Assembly: GCA_021735655.1 (NCBI GenBank)
Contig: JAIPGM010000008.1
Span: forward strand, 1-64,000
Origin: Candidatus Omnitrophota bacterium
GTDB lineage: Bacteria; Omnitrophota; Gorgyraeia; Duberdicusellales; 4484-171
Direction of reading: 5' to 3'
Length of the DNA: 64,000 nt
The position numbers were made by a program, and so were the translations under genes. Below are positions 10,376 to 19,273 of this stretch, one piece after another. The number at the start of each line of letters is the position of its first letter. The first letter of the stretch is position 1. Below the pieces are notes generated by a model. That model was not told where the DNA came from. It saw only the letters and a program-made list of their open reading frames with translations, and made no database searches.

Positions 10376-10774
10376 ATGGGAAACGATATTAATGAAAAAC
10401 GTAAATATCTACGGTTGGATACGGTTAATATCGTTAAAGTTACTCTTGATCGTAAGCTAATCAAGAAACCTTCGGAATTTGTTTCAGCCTTTACTAAAAA
10501 TATCAGCGTTGAAGGCGTGTGTTTTTTGTCCGATAAGTTTTTCGAAAAGGGTAAACGCTTGCGTATTGATATGAGCCTTCCTGGAGATCCAAAACCTTTG
10601 CGCTTGAGAGGCAAAGTTTGCTGGAGCCGCTTGGTCAAAGATAAAAATAAAACTAATAAAGTTTTTGAAGTAGGGGTTGAACTCTTTACTGTTGGCGAGA
10701 GCGATTCAACTAGGTTTATGGGTTATGTTTGTCGCCATATGACCAGTCGTCTTGGTCGATATCTACATCTTTAA
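10376..10774 (+). CDS. PilZ-domain protein
   Basis: RKYLR (RxxxR) and NISVEG (NxSxxG) motifs. Confidence 0.55.
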   Translation: MGNDINEKRKYLRLDTVNIVKVTLDRKLIKKPSEFVSAFTKNISVEGVCFLSDKFFEKGKRLRIDMSLPGDPKPLRLRGKVCWSRLVKDKNKTNKVFEVGVELFTVGESDSTRFMGYVCRHMTSRLGRYLHL

Positions 10775-10780
10775 AAAGAA

Positions 10781-11587
10781 GTGATTGTTAAGTTTTTTTT
10801 CTATATCTTTGTCGGTTTAGGGGTGCTTTTTCTCTATATTAAATACATTGAGAAAAAAAGTATCTTTTTCCCCGATAAAAATATTGATTTAACTCCCGAG
10901 CGGTTCGGGCTCAGTTTTGAAGATCTCTATTTTTTAACCAGCGATAAGGTAAGACTAAACGCTTGGTTTATACCGCATCCAGAAGCTGCAAAAACAATAA
11001 TACTTTTCCACGGTAATGCCGGCAATAACTCTAATCGCTTAGAGAAGATTGCGCTTCTGCGCAAGCTAAAGATAAATATTTTTATGGTTGATTATCGTGG
11101 TTACGGAAATAGTCAAGGTATTCCTAAAGAGAAAGGAATCTATCTTGACGCCCAGGCTGCTTATGGTTATTTAGTTAACCAGCGTAAAATTAATCCTGAA
11201 GATATTGTGCTTTACGGTGAGTCTCTAGGCGGGGTAGTAGCGGTTGATTTAGCTTCCACCAAGAAAGTGGCCGGAATCATTCTCGAGGGAACATTTTCTA
11301 GCGGCCGGGATATCGGTCAGATAATTTATCCTTTTTTACCTAAGACAATATTGCCTAATATTTTTAACTCTTTGAGCAAAATATCGAAAGTTAAAGCTGA
11401 GAAACTTTTTATTCACTCTAAGGATGATCTAATAGTTCCCTTGGAATTAGGAAGGAAGCTTTATCAGGCAGCTTCTGGACCTAAAAAATTCATTACTGTG
11501 TCTGGCACCCATAATAGTGTTTTTATTGATTCGGAAAAAGAATACCTTAGAGCTTTAAGTGATTTTATTAGGGGGTTGGATGAATAA
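10781..11587 (+). CDS. Membrane-anchored alpha/beta hydrolase
   Basis: N-terminal TM helix, HGNAGN oxyanion region, GESLGG nucleophile elbow. Confidence 0.65.
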   Translation: MIVKFFFYIFVGLGVLFLYIKYIEKKSIFFPDKNIDLTPERFGLSFEDLYFLTSDKVRLNAWFIPHPEAAKTIILFHGNAGNNSNRLEKIALLRKLKINIFMVDYRGYGNSQGIPKEKGIYLDAQAAYGYLVNQRKINPEDIVLYGESLGGVVAVDLASTKKVAGIILEGTFSSGRDIGQIIYPFLPKTILPNIFNSLSKISKVKAEKLFIHSKDDLIVPLELGRKLYQAASGPKKFITVSGTHNSVFIDSEKEYLRALSDFIRGLDE

Positions 11588-11987
11588 AAGTAGAGACTTG
11601 TTAATTTATATATGTTTGTTCGGTTTTTTGGGGAGCCTAAGCGGCTGTTTATTTAGAGAAAATGTTACCAAGTTGAAAACTTTAAAAACAGTAGCTAGTA
11701 GTCAAAGGGAGATTAGAGCTTATCTTACCGAACAAGAAAATCTTTTTGAGAAGCTAGTCAGTGATTTTAAAGATAAGAAACTAAGTCTCGGGAGCTCGCT
11801 AGCGGAAATTATTGAAACTTATGGGGAACCAATAGTCTCTAAGAAAAATTTTTCTGATCCGGTTGGCCAGCGATTACTTTATCGTTATCCGAAGCGTTAT
11901 TTTAATTCTGACAAGGTCTACCTTCATTTTAATGAAAAGAAAGAACTAATTTTTTGGGAATATAAACCTTTCCAGAAAACCAACTAA
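11559..11987 (+). CDS. Lipoprotein, hypothetical
   Basis: Signal peptide with Cys (LSGCLF); overlaps upstream gene end. Confidence 0.4.
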   Translation: MILLGGWMNKSRDLLIYICLFGFLGSLSGCLFRENVTKLKTLKTVASSQREIRAYLTEQENLFEKLVSDFKDKKLSLGSSLAEIIETYGEPIVSKKNFSDPVGQRLLYRYPKRYFNSDKVYLHFNEKKELIFWEYKPFQKTN

Positions 11988-12010
11988 TTAATTTATCCCA
12001 CTTTAGCTTT

Positions 12011-12634
12011 ATGCGAAAGAAAATAATCATTAGTTTAATTGTCATCATCACGGTTTTATTGCTCGCTAAGGATCATTTTTTAAAGATGGCCATTGGTCAT
12101 TATTTTAATAAAAAGCTAGAGGTAGAATCTTCGATTGGTCAGCTGAAGCTTTCTTTTGATAGTTTGATTATCGAGGATGCTAAACTTTCCAATAAGGATT
12201 TCTTTATTCAATTACCGTACTTTAAGCTTTCATTTAACTTGTTAGAAATATTTAAAGTTAAAAAATTAAAAATTGCAACCCGAGAGGTTTCATTTAACGC
12301 TAATAATGAGAGTTTATTTTTTGAAGGTATTTTTAGTGGCAATTTTATTTTAAGGCTAGATCGAGGATCAATCAAAAAATTTAACGGCGAACTAATTAAT
12401 GAAACCGGCGGAACGATCAGGATTGAAAAGGAAGACTCACTTAAAGCTCTTCGCGGCCACCTAGACCAAGCCTCTTATCAGACCTTAATTGATGGATTTA
12501 AGAACTATCACTATAGTCGTGGTCAGATAACGATGACTAAAAAAGCCGATTCACTTTTAATCGATTTTCAGTTTAGCTCAACTGAGGCTGGTGAAAGGAA
12601 CCTTGTCGTTGACTTACATGATATTTTTCGTTGA
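12011..12634 (+). CDS. Secreted/anchored hypothetical protein
   Basis: N-terminal hydrophobic segment; no domain recognised. Confidence 0.4.
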   Translation: MRKKIIISLIVIITVLLLAKDHFLKMAIGHYFNKKLEVESSIGQLKLSFDSLIIEDAKLSNKDFFIQLPYFKLSFNLLEIFKVKKLKIATREVSFNANNESLFFEGIFSGNFILRLDRGSIKKFNGELINETGGTIRIEKEDSLKALRGHLDQASYQTLIDGFKNYHYSRGQITMTKKADSLLIDFQFSSTEAGERNLVVDLHDIFR

Positions 12635-12700
12635 CAGGAGGTGTAAAACCCTATATATTGTTGTATAAAATATAGAGTTTTCTAATTTAAGAGGTGTTAA

Positions 12701-12901
12701 GTGTCAGACAAACCTTGTGAGAAAAAAACCCAGACAATCAAAAGAACCGCAACTAATCTTGTGGTCGGGATAATTTTTATAGTTTTAGGTTTGTTAGCTA
12801 TTTTTTACTGGTGGCCAGAGTTGATTAGTTTAGTTAAGGCCGGCAGTGGCTTATTATTGATTACTGTCGGGGCAATCCTGATCATTATCGCAAAAACTTA
12901 A
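12701..12901 (+). CDS. Small two-TM membrane protein
   Basis: 66 aa, two hydrophobic helices, good spacing from the upstream promoter-like TTGACA. Confidence 0.35.
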   Translation: MSDKPCEKKTQTIKRTATNLVVGIIFIVLGLLAIFYWWPELISLVKAGSGLLLITVGAILIIIAKT

Positions 12902-12909
12902 ATTTTATT

Positions 12910-13503
12910 ATGTTAAAAAAAATATTTATTACCGGTTTAACCGCAACTATTGCTTTAGTTATTACGGTTTATGTTGTCGTCGGTTTGTTTTATTTTCTTG
13001 ATGGATTCTTAGGTAAGCCGATCAATGCTTTTGTTCATGATGCGATTGGTTTTACGATTCCTGGTTTAGGGATTGTTTTAGGTGTTTTAATTATCTTTTT
13101 TTTGGGATTAGCGATTCATCTTTTCCGAATGAAATTTTTTCGTTGGCTTTATAAGTGGCTGGTTGATTTATTTTTTAAGATACCTTTAGTGAGTAAGATT
13201 TACCTACCGGTTAAGCGGATAGTTGATTTTTTATTCTTTCCTCCGAGGAAGGATTTTAAAAGTGCGGTTTTAGTTGAATATCCCCGCAAAGGGATTTATT
13301 CTTTAGGATTTTTAACTAATGAAAATACGGTAGACTTTAAAGATCGAGGGAAAAGGAAGCTTTATAATGTTTTTATCCCTTCTTCGCCATCACCGCTTAC
13401 CGGATTTACTATCATTTTAGAAGAGAAAGAAGTAAACTTCTTGAATATCAGCGTAGAGGAAGCTTTGCGTCTAGTTGTCTCAGGGGGGTTGCTTAATCCC
13501 TAA
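12910..13503 (+). CDS. DUF502-family membrane protein
   Basis: Two N-terminal TM helices and conserved blocks (IPGLG, IPLV..IY.PVK, C-terminal VSGG) typical of DUF502. Confidence 0.55.
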   Translation: MLKKIFITGLTATIALVITVYVVVGLFYFLDGFLGKPINAFVHDAIGFTIPGLGIVLGVLIIFFLGLAIHLFRMKFFRWLYKWLVDLFFKIPLVSKIYLPVKRIVDFLFFPPRKDFKSAVLVEYPRKGIYSLGFLTNENTVDFKDRGKRKLYNVFIPSSPSPLTGFTIILEEKEVNFLNISVEEALRLVVSGGLLNP

Positions 13504-14144
13504 TGATCAAAAAGAGTCTTTTTATCTTCGATGTTGACGGAACTTTGGTTGATTCTTATTGCGCTATTGCCAGAAGTTTGAATCTTACCCGGGGAGAGTT
13601 CGGGCTGTCTTCAGTCAGTATAACTAAAATTAAAAGAAGTGTTGGTGGGGGAGATGAGATTTTCATCAATAAGTTTTTTTCAAAAAATAAAGCCCAAAAA
13701 GCGTTAAGGATTTTTCGAAAACATCATAAAACAGATTTAGTTAAATTTGCCCAATTGATGCCTGACACCAAAAGAGTACTTTCTCAGTTAAGAAAAAATA
13801 AAAAGCAGCTTGCGGTAGCTTCAAATCGTCCTTATCGTTTTACTCGGATTTTGCTTGATCAACTTAAAATTGCTAAATATTTTGACGGGGTCTGGTGCGC
13901 TGATCAAGTAAAGGCGCTTAAACCGAACCCGAAAATATTAAATACGGTTTTGGAAAAATTTTCTCGTAAAGCAAAAGAAGCAGTTTATATCGGTGATATG
14001 GATATTGATCTAGAAACAGCCAAGAGAGCTAAAATTGATGCTGTTTTTGTTCGTGGCGGTTCAAGTACTTTAAGTCAAGTAAAGGGCTATCGGAAAAAGA
14101 AGGTTATCTCGGGACTAAAGAAAATCTTAGAGCTTTATAATTAA
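13503..14144 (+). CDS. HAD-superfamily hydrolase (phosphoglycolate-phosphatase-like)
   Basis: Motif I FIFDVDGTLVDS, motif III K, motif IV GDMDID; start overlaps upstream stop. Confidence 0.7.
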   Translation: MIKKSLFIFDVDGTLVDSYCAIARSLNLTRGEFGLSSVSITKIKRSVGGGDEIFINKFFSKNKAQKALRIFRKHHKTDLVKFAQLMPDTKRVLSQLRKNKKQLAVASNRPYRFTRILLDQLKIAKYFDGVWCADQVKALKPNPKILNTVLEKFSRKAKEAVYIGDMDIDLETAKRAKIDAVFVRGGSSTLSQVKGYRKKKVISGLKKILELYN

Positions 14145-14157
14145 TTTAAGTAATTCT

Positions 14158-17100
14158 ATGTCTAAACAGTACTTACTTGATCCTGACGGAAGTTTTCACA
14201 TAAAAGACTATAATCAGGCTTATCCTTTTTCTAACTTTCTGCCGGGCATCTCTGGAGCCTGGGGTATTCCGTTATGGGTTTTTTATGTAAATCGGGGTCA
14301 GGGAGTAGTTAGTTTTGGGATTAAGAATAAAGATCATTCTATCGCCGAATTTTTTCCGGCCAACAAAGCTTATTCTTTTGTCTCTTCCTTGGGGTTTCGT
14401 ACTTTTATTAAATCTGGTTCTTCTTTCTATGAGCCGTTTGGAGTTCATTCAGCCCAAGGCAAGGCCCAGGATATGGTAATTAAGAGTGACTCCTTTAGAA
14501 TTGAAGAGTCTAATCCTAAATTAGGCTTAAAAACATCGGTTCGTTATTTTACCCTTAGTAATACCCCGGTTGGCGGATTGGTGCGGGTGTTTACGATAAA
14601 AAATAGTTCGAAAAAAAATATCAGCTTGGATGTCCTTGATGGGCTAGCTCGAATTATTCCTTTTGGGACAACTCAAGGTTTTTTGAAAGAGATGTCTCGA
14701 ACCCTTGAGGCCTGGATGCAGTCAAGCTATCAGCGCAAGCTAGCTATTTTCCGCCTGATCGTTGATCCCCGCGACGTAAGTCACACTAAATACATTGAAG
14801 GAGCAAATTTTAACTACTCTTTTTATGAGACCGCCGGCAAAAAAATCCATCCTAGAATAGTTGTCGATCCGGTTGAAGTATTTAATCATGAGACTTCACT
14901 TAATTTACCGGTAAACTTTTTAAGCAATAATTTTAAGGCTGTATCTGGGAAAGTAATCCGCGGTAAAACTCCCTGTGCTTTTAGTCATTTTAAATGGAAG
15001 CTGGCTCCGGGCCAGGAGAGAGTTCTTTATAGTATTTTTGGTTCAAGCCCTCAGCTAGATCCGATTAGGAAGTTCAGCCTTTCCTTGAGTGCAGCTTTTC
15101 TAAAAGCTAAGGAAAAGGAAAATGAGCAAATAGTTGAATCGATAAAACAGAAAGCCTTAACTGTATCAAATCTAAAGAGTTTTGACCATTACATTCAAAA
15201 TAGCTACTTGGATAATGTTTTGCGTGGCGGCTATCCATATTGTGCAACTAAAAACAGCCAAGATAAGGCTAAGAGTATTTATTATATTTATTCACGAAAA
15301 CATGGAGACCTAGAGCGTGATTATAATAATTTTCAGGTCTTGCCGACTAATTTTTCTGAGGGCGAAGCTAACTATCGGGATATAAATCAAAATCGTCGCA
15401 GCGACTTATTCTTTGAGCCGGCCCTATTAGATAAGAATTTGATTTATTTTCTTAATTTTATTAAGATTGACGGTTACAACCCTTTGCTGGTAAGGGGTGA
15501 GAAATTGCGTCTTAGTAAACTAGGCGCTAAAGATCTGACAGATAAATTTTCAATCAAAAGTATACGGGTATCACATCTTTTACTTCGCGGATTTTATTTG
15601 GGCGAGTTATTTTCCTTATTGGCTGAAGAAAAGATAAATTTAAAAAATAGAGATAAGTTTTTAGAAAGTCTACTCATTAAGGCCGAGCGTAAACCCCAAG
15701 GCGCTCACACTGAAGGTTATTGGATTGATCACTGGCATTATAATTTAGATTTGATCGAGAGCTTTTTGTATTTTTATCCTGATCGGATTAAAAGTTTGTC
15801 GTTGAAAAAAGAGTTTTCCTTTTGGGATGATGAATATCGGATCAGGCCGCGTAATCGGCGCTATGTTGTTCGCTCTGGTAAAGTCTACCAGGGAGAGAGT
15901 ATTGAAGCGATTAAGGAAAAAAGAACCTTAGTCAGAAAGAGAAAAGATTATAAATACTTTTTAAGAACAAGCAAAGGGAAGGTTTACAAGACTAATCTAG
16001 TAACTAAGTTGCTTAGTATTATTTTAAATAAGTCGGCTACGCTTGATTCTCATGGTATTGGTATTGAGATGGAGGCTGATAAGCCGGGTTGGTGTGATTC
16101 ACTCAACGGCCTTCCGGCTCTTTTTGGTTCTTCAATCTGTGAAACTTTAGCTCTGAAGCGGGCTGTTGAAATTCTATTAAAAATATCCAAAAGCCTAAGA
16201 ACTGAAGGTACAAGTCAGGTAGCCTGTGCTTACGAACTAAGTTCTTTTTTAAAAAAGATTAAGGGTTTGCTTGATCTACCGCAAGGCAAAGCAAACTTTG
16301 ACTATAAGTTTTGGGATAAGAGCAACTCAATCAAAGAAGACTTCCGGCAAAAGACCTTTTTTACTGTTAGCGGCCGGGAAGTTAAACTTTCCTTAGTGGT
16401 CCTAGAGGCATTTTTAAATAAATTGACTAAGAAGCTAGATAGGTCAATTGAGAAGGCTAAAGATAAAAAAACTGGATTAATTAGCACTTATTTTACTTAT
16501 GAGGTTACCAAGTATAAACCGTGCAATAAGTATCATGTTTTTCCTTTAGCTTTTAATAAGAATCCTTTGCCTTTGTTTCTTGAGGGGGTAGTGCATCTCT
16601 TAAGGGATAAAGGTTTAAAGAGTATTTATCAGAAAGTAAAGAGTTCTGAACTTTTTGATAAGAACTTAAAGATGTATCGTTTGAATGCATCACTTAAAGA
16701 TCAATCTTTAGAGGTTGGTAGAAGCCGGGCTTTTGCTCCGGGTTGGCTTGAGAATGAATCAATTTGGCTACATATGGAATATAAATATTTGCTAGAGTTA
16801 TTAAAGAATGGGTTATACAAAGAATTTTTTAATGATTTTAAGAGTTGCGGAGTTTGCTTTTTTGATCCTAAAAAATACGGAAGAAGTACTCTTGAAAACT
16901 CTTCGTTTATAGTTTCAAGTAGTTATCCAGACAAAGATCTTTGGGCTAGAGGTTTCATTGCTCGCCTAAGCGGGGCAACTGCTGAAATACTAAATATTTG
17001 GGCTCTGCTTTGTTTGGGTGATAGGCCATTTTTTGTTAATCGTGAGAAGAAGCTCTGCTTTTCACCAAGGCCGATTTTAAGGGGTGAGTTTTTTACTACT

Positions 17101-17364
17101 AAGAAAGAAACAGTTAACCTTGCCGGTAAATTAGTGGTTTTCCCTAAGGATACTTTTAGCTTTAAGTTGTTTTCAAACACCTTGGTTACCTATCATAATC
17201 CCAACCGAAGAGATACCTTTGGCTCAAAAGCCAAAGTTAAGAAAATAGTGGTCAGCTTGGCTGGTCGGAAAGTCACTATTCTTTCAGAGGCTGTGCCCTT
17301 TTCTTTGAGTGAAGACATTCGCCGGGGCAAGGCCGACCAGATCGAGGTTCACCTTGAGACTTGA
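14158..17364 (+). CDS. Large (1068 aa) cytoplasmic hypothetical protein, possibly a glycoside hydrolase/phosphorylase-like (alpha/alpha)6 enzyme
   Basis: Long uninterrupted ORF without TM segments; acidic/aromatic stretches (DHWHYNLD, GWCDSLNG, WLENESIW) vaguely reminiscent of six-hairpin glycosidases; assignment speculative. Confidence 0.35.
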   Translation: MSKQYLLDPDGSFHIKDYNQAYPFSNFLPGISGAWGIPLWVFYVNRGQGVVSFGIKNKDHSIAEFFPANKAYSFVSSLGFRTFIKSGSSFYEPFGVHSAQGKAQDMVIKSDSFRIEESNPKLGLKTSVRYFTLSNTPVGGLVRVFTIKNSSKKNISLDVLDGLARIIPFGTTQGFLKEMSRTLEAWMQSSYQRKLAIFRLIVDPRDVSHTKYIEGANFNYSFYETAGKKIHPRIVVDPVEVFNHETSLNLPVNFLSNNFKAVSGKVIRGKTPCAFSHFKWKLAPGQERVLYSIFGSSPQLDPIRKFSLSLSAAFLKAKEKENEQIVESIKQKALTVSNLKSFDHYIQNSYLDNVLRGGYPYCATKNSQDKAKSIYYIYSRKHGDLERDYNNFQVLPTNFSEGEANYRDINQNRRSDLFFEPALLDKNLIYFLNFIKIDGYNPLLVRGEKLRLSKLGAKDLTDKFSIKSIRVSHLLLRGFYLGELFSLLAEEKINLKNRDKFLESLLIKAERKPQGAHTEGYWIDHWHYNLDLIESFLYFYPDRIKSLSLKKEFSFWDDEYRIRPRNRRYVVRSGKVYQGESIEAIKEKRTLVRKRKDYKYFLRTSKGKVYKTNLVTKLLSIILNKSATLDSHGIGIEMEADKPGWCDSLNGLPALFGSSICETLALKRAVEILLKISKSLRTEGTSQVACAYELSSFLKKIKGLLDLPQGKANFDYKFWDKSNSIKEDFRQKTFFTVSGREVKLSLVVLEAFLNKLTKKLDRSIEKAKDKKTGLISTYFTYEVTKYKPCNKYHVFPLAFNKNPLPLFLEGVVHLLRDKGLKSIYQKVKSSELFDKNLKMYRLNASLKDQSLEVGRSRAFAPGWLENESIWLHMEYKYLLELLKNGLYKEFFNDFKSCGVCFFDPKKYGRSTLENSSFIVSSSYPDKDLWARGFIARLSGATAEILNIWALLCLGDRPFFVNREKKLCFSPRPILRGEFFTTKKETVNLAGKLVVFPKDTFSFKLFSNTLVTYHNPNRRDTFGSKAKVKKIVVSLAGRKVTILSEAVPFSLSEDIRRGKADQIEVHLET

Positions 17365-17761
17365 AATCATAACTCATTGATAAACAACATCTTATGTTAG
17401 GGGCAAATTTTTAAGAAAAGCCTTGACAATAGGGTTAATATTTGATAAAAGTTTTATAGGTTGTTTATTTGCAATATCTTACATCAGAAGGCTTTAAAAG
17501 ATACCCTTTGATGTAGGTTAATGGTCTTTGACAGGGTGATCAATTGTTGAAGTTTTCTTATCCTTAATATGTGGCTATAACTAAATTAGGTTATACCGTC
17601 CGCGGCAGTCTTAAGCCAGGCGAAAAAGGAGGTGATGCAAAAAACTTAGAGCCGGAGATTGTCAAAAACAGTGGATGATATAACTATAGATTTGCCAATA
17701 ACAAGGGTTGAAAACCTTGTAGTATAGATCATTAGATTTTTAAGAAAAAAGGAGGACGTGA

Positions 17762-19144
17762 ATGAGTAGAAAGTTATTAATCGCTATTGCAGTTATGTCA
17801 GTGGCCTTAGTCGGCACTAGCTTTGCTGCTGTAGAGAATATCAAAGTAAGCGGAGATATCAATTCCCAGGCTGTTGCTAGAGATTTGGGTTTAGGCGGCG
17901 CTCCGGGATCACCAGATGGTGCTACTGATACTCTTAGAGCTGATGGCGAACATTTCTTGTTTTCGCAAGTAAGACTTCGCTTTGATGCTGACTTAACCGA
18001 AGGCGTGTCTGCAGTAGTAGCTTTGATTAATGAGAAATTATGGGGCACAGAGGATTCTTCGACTACTGATGATGTCGATTTAGATTTAGCCTATGTAACT
18101 CTAAAAGAGTTTATGTATGAACCTCTTACTTTAATTGTTGGTCGTCAAAACCTACGTTATGGTAATGGTTTGATAGTTGGCGATCCTGATACTAATCAGG
18201 TTGCTGCTAACAGCGTGGCTGCTTTTGGTGATTTATCAAAGAAGAAGTCATTTGATGCCATAAGAGCTATTTTAGATTTTTCTCCCTACACTATCGATGT
18301 AGTATATGCTGCCATTGATGAAAATACGCTTTACCAAAAAGATGGCGAAAATCTTTACGGTATTAATGTAGCTTACAGTTGGAACTCTTACAATGGTATC
18401 ACTGAAGCCTATGCTTTTTATCGTGATAGCACTAACAATACTGAAGATATTGAAAATGAAGATGATGTATTGACATTGGGAGTTAGATCTCAAGCAGATG
18501 TAAATGATAATTTGACTTTAGGTCTAGAAGTTGCTCATCAGTCTGGTTCTTATCAAACTGGACTTACACAGACATCAAGTGCCACTGATTCCGTAAAAAG
18601 AGATGCTTGGGCAGTTCAAGCTATTAGTGAGTATAGATTCTTAAATGACTACAATTCAAAAGTAGGTTTAATCTATGCTTATTTAACTGGTGAAGGTCCA
18701 ACAACTGGCGAAGATGGTGAACATAACGGTTGGAATCCAATGTATGAAGATCAAGCTATCGGTGAGTTAGCCAATCTCTTTCTTGCTAACACTGGTTTCC
18801 AGTATATTTGTGCTACTGGTTCAATGATGCCTAGAGAAGATTTAACCATCGGTGGATCTTATCTTTATGCTTATGCAACTGCACCTTTGGCCGCTACTTC
18901 TGGTTCTCAGAACTTAGCTACAATTACTGGTGCAGCAGGTGGTCCTATAGCTGGTAACGTTTACGATATCGAGCGTAACAATAGAGACCTAGCTCATGAA
19001 ATTGATGTTTATGCTATTTTTGATTACACCGAAGATGTACAGATTAACATGAACACAGCATTTTTGTTACCAGGTGGAGCATTTGCCTGGCAAAATAATC
19101 AGCCTGCTTACTCTTTAAGAATTGGCATGAATGTAGACTTCTAA
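17762..19144 (+). CDS. Outer-membrane beta-barrel (porin-like) protein
   Basis: Signal peptide (..TSFA-AVE), alternating amphipathic beta-strand pattern, C-terminal ...RIGMNVDF with terminal Phe typical of BAM substrates. Confidence 0.55.
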   Translation: MSRKLLIAIAVMSVALVGTSFAAVENIKVSGDINSQAVARDLGLGGAPGSPDGATDTLRADGEHFLFSQVRLRFDADLTEGVSAVVALINEKLWGTEDSSTTDDVDLDLAYVTLKEFMYEPLTLIVGRQNLRYGNGLIVGDPDTNQVAANSVAAFGDLSKKKSFDAIRAILDFSPYTIDVVYAAIDENTLYQKDGENLYGINVAYSWNSYNGITEAYAFYRDSTNNTEDIENEDDVLTLGVRSQADVNDNLTLGLEVAHQSGSYQTGLTQTSSATDSVKRDAWAVQAISEYRFLNDYNSKVGLIYAYLTGEGPTTGEDGEHNGWNPMYEDQAIGELANLFLANTGFQYICATGSMMPREDLTIGGSYLYAYATAPLAATSGSQNLATITGAAGGPIAGNVYDIERNNRDLAHEIDVYAIFDYTEDVQINMNTAFLLPGGAFAWQNNQPAYSLRIGMNVDF

Positions 19145-19170
19145 GTTAGAACAAATTAAGTTTGATAATA

Positions 19171-19208
19171 AACCCCACACCTAATTAGGTGTGGGGTTTT
19201 TCTTTTTA
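19171..19208 (+). terminator. Rho-independent terminator
   Basis: CCCCACACC-TAATTA-GGTGTGGGG hairpin followed by TTTTTCTTTTT. Confidence 0.7.
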
Positions 19209-19273
19209 GTCAGGTATTCAAGCGGCCGCCTTATGGTGCTATTTTTTTAGATTGTTTACATTGCAATATTTAT

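Noticed and set aside
17365-17761. 400-bp intergenic region upstream of the outer-membrane protein gene, with several TTGACA-like hexamers and small hairpins
   Set aside because: I could not settle on a single convincing -35/-10 pair or a structured RNA. It is probably just the promoter region for the outer-membrane/exporter genes.
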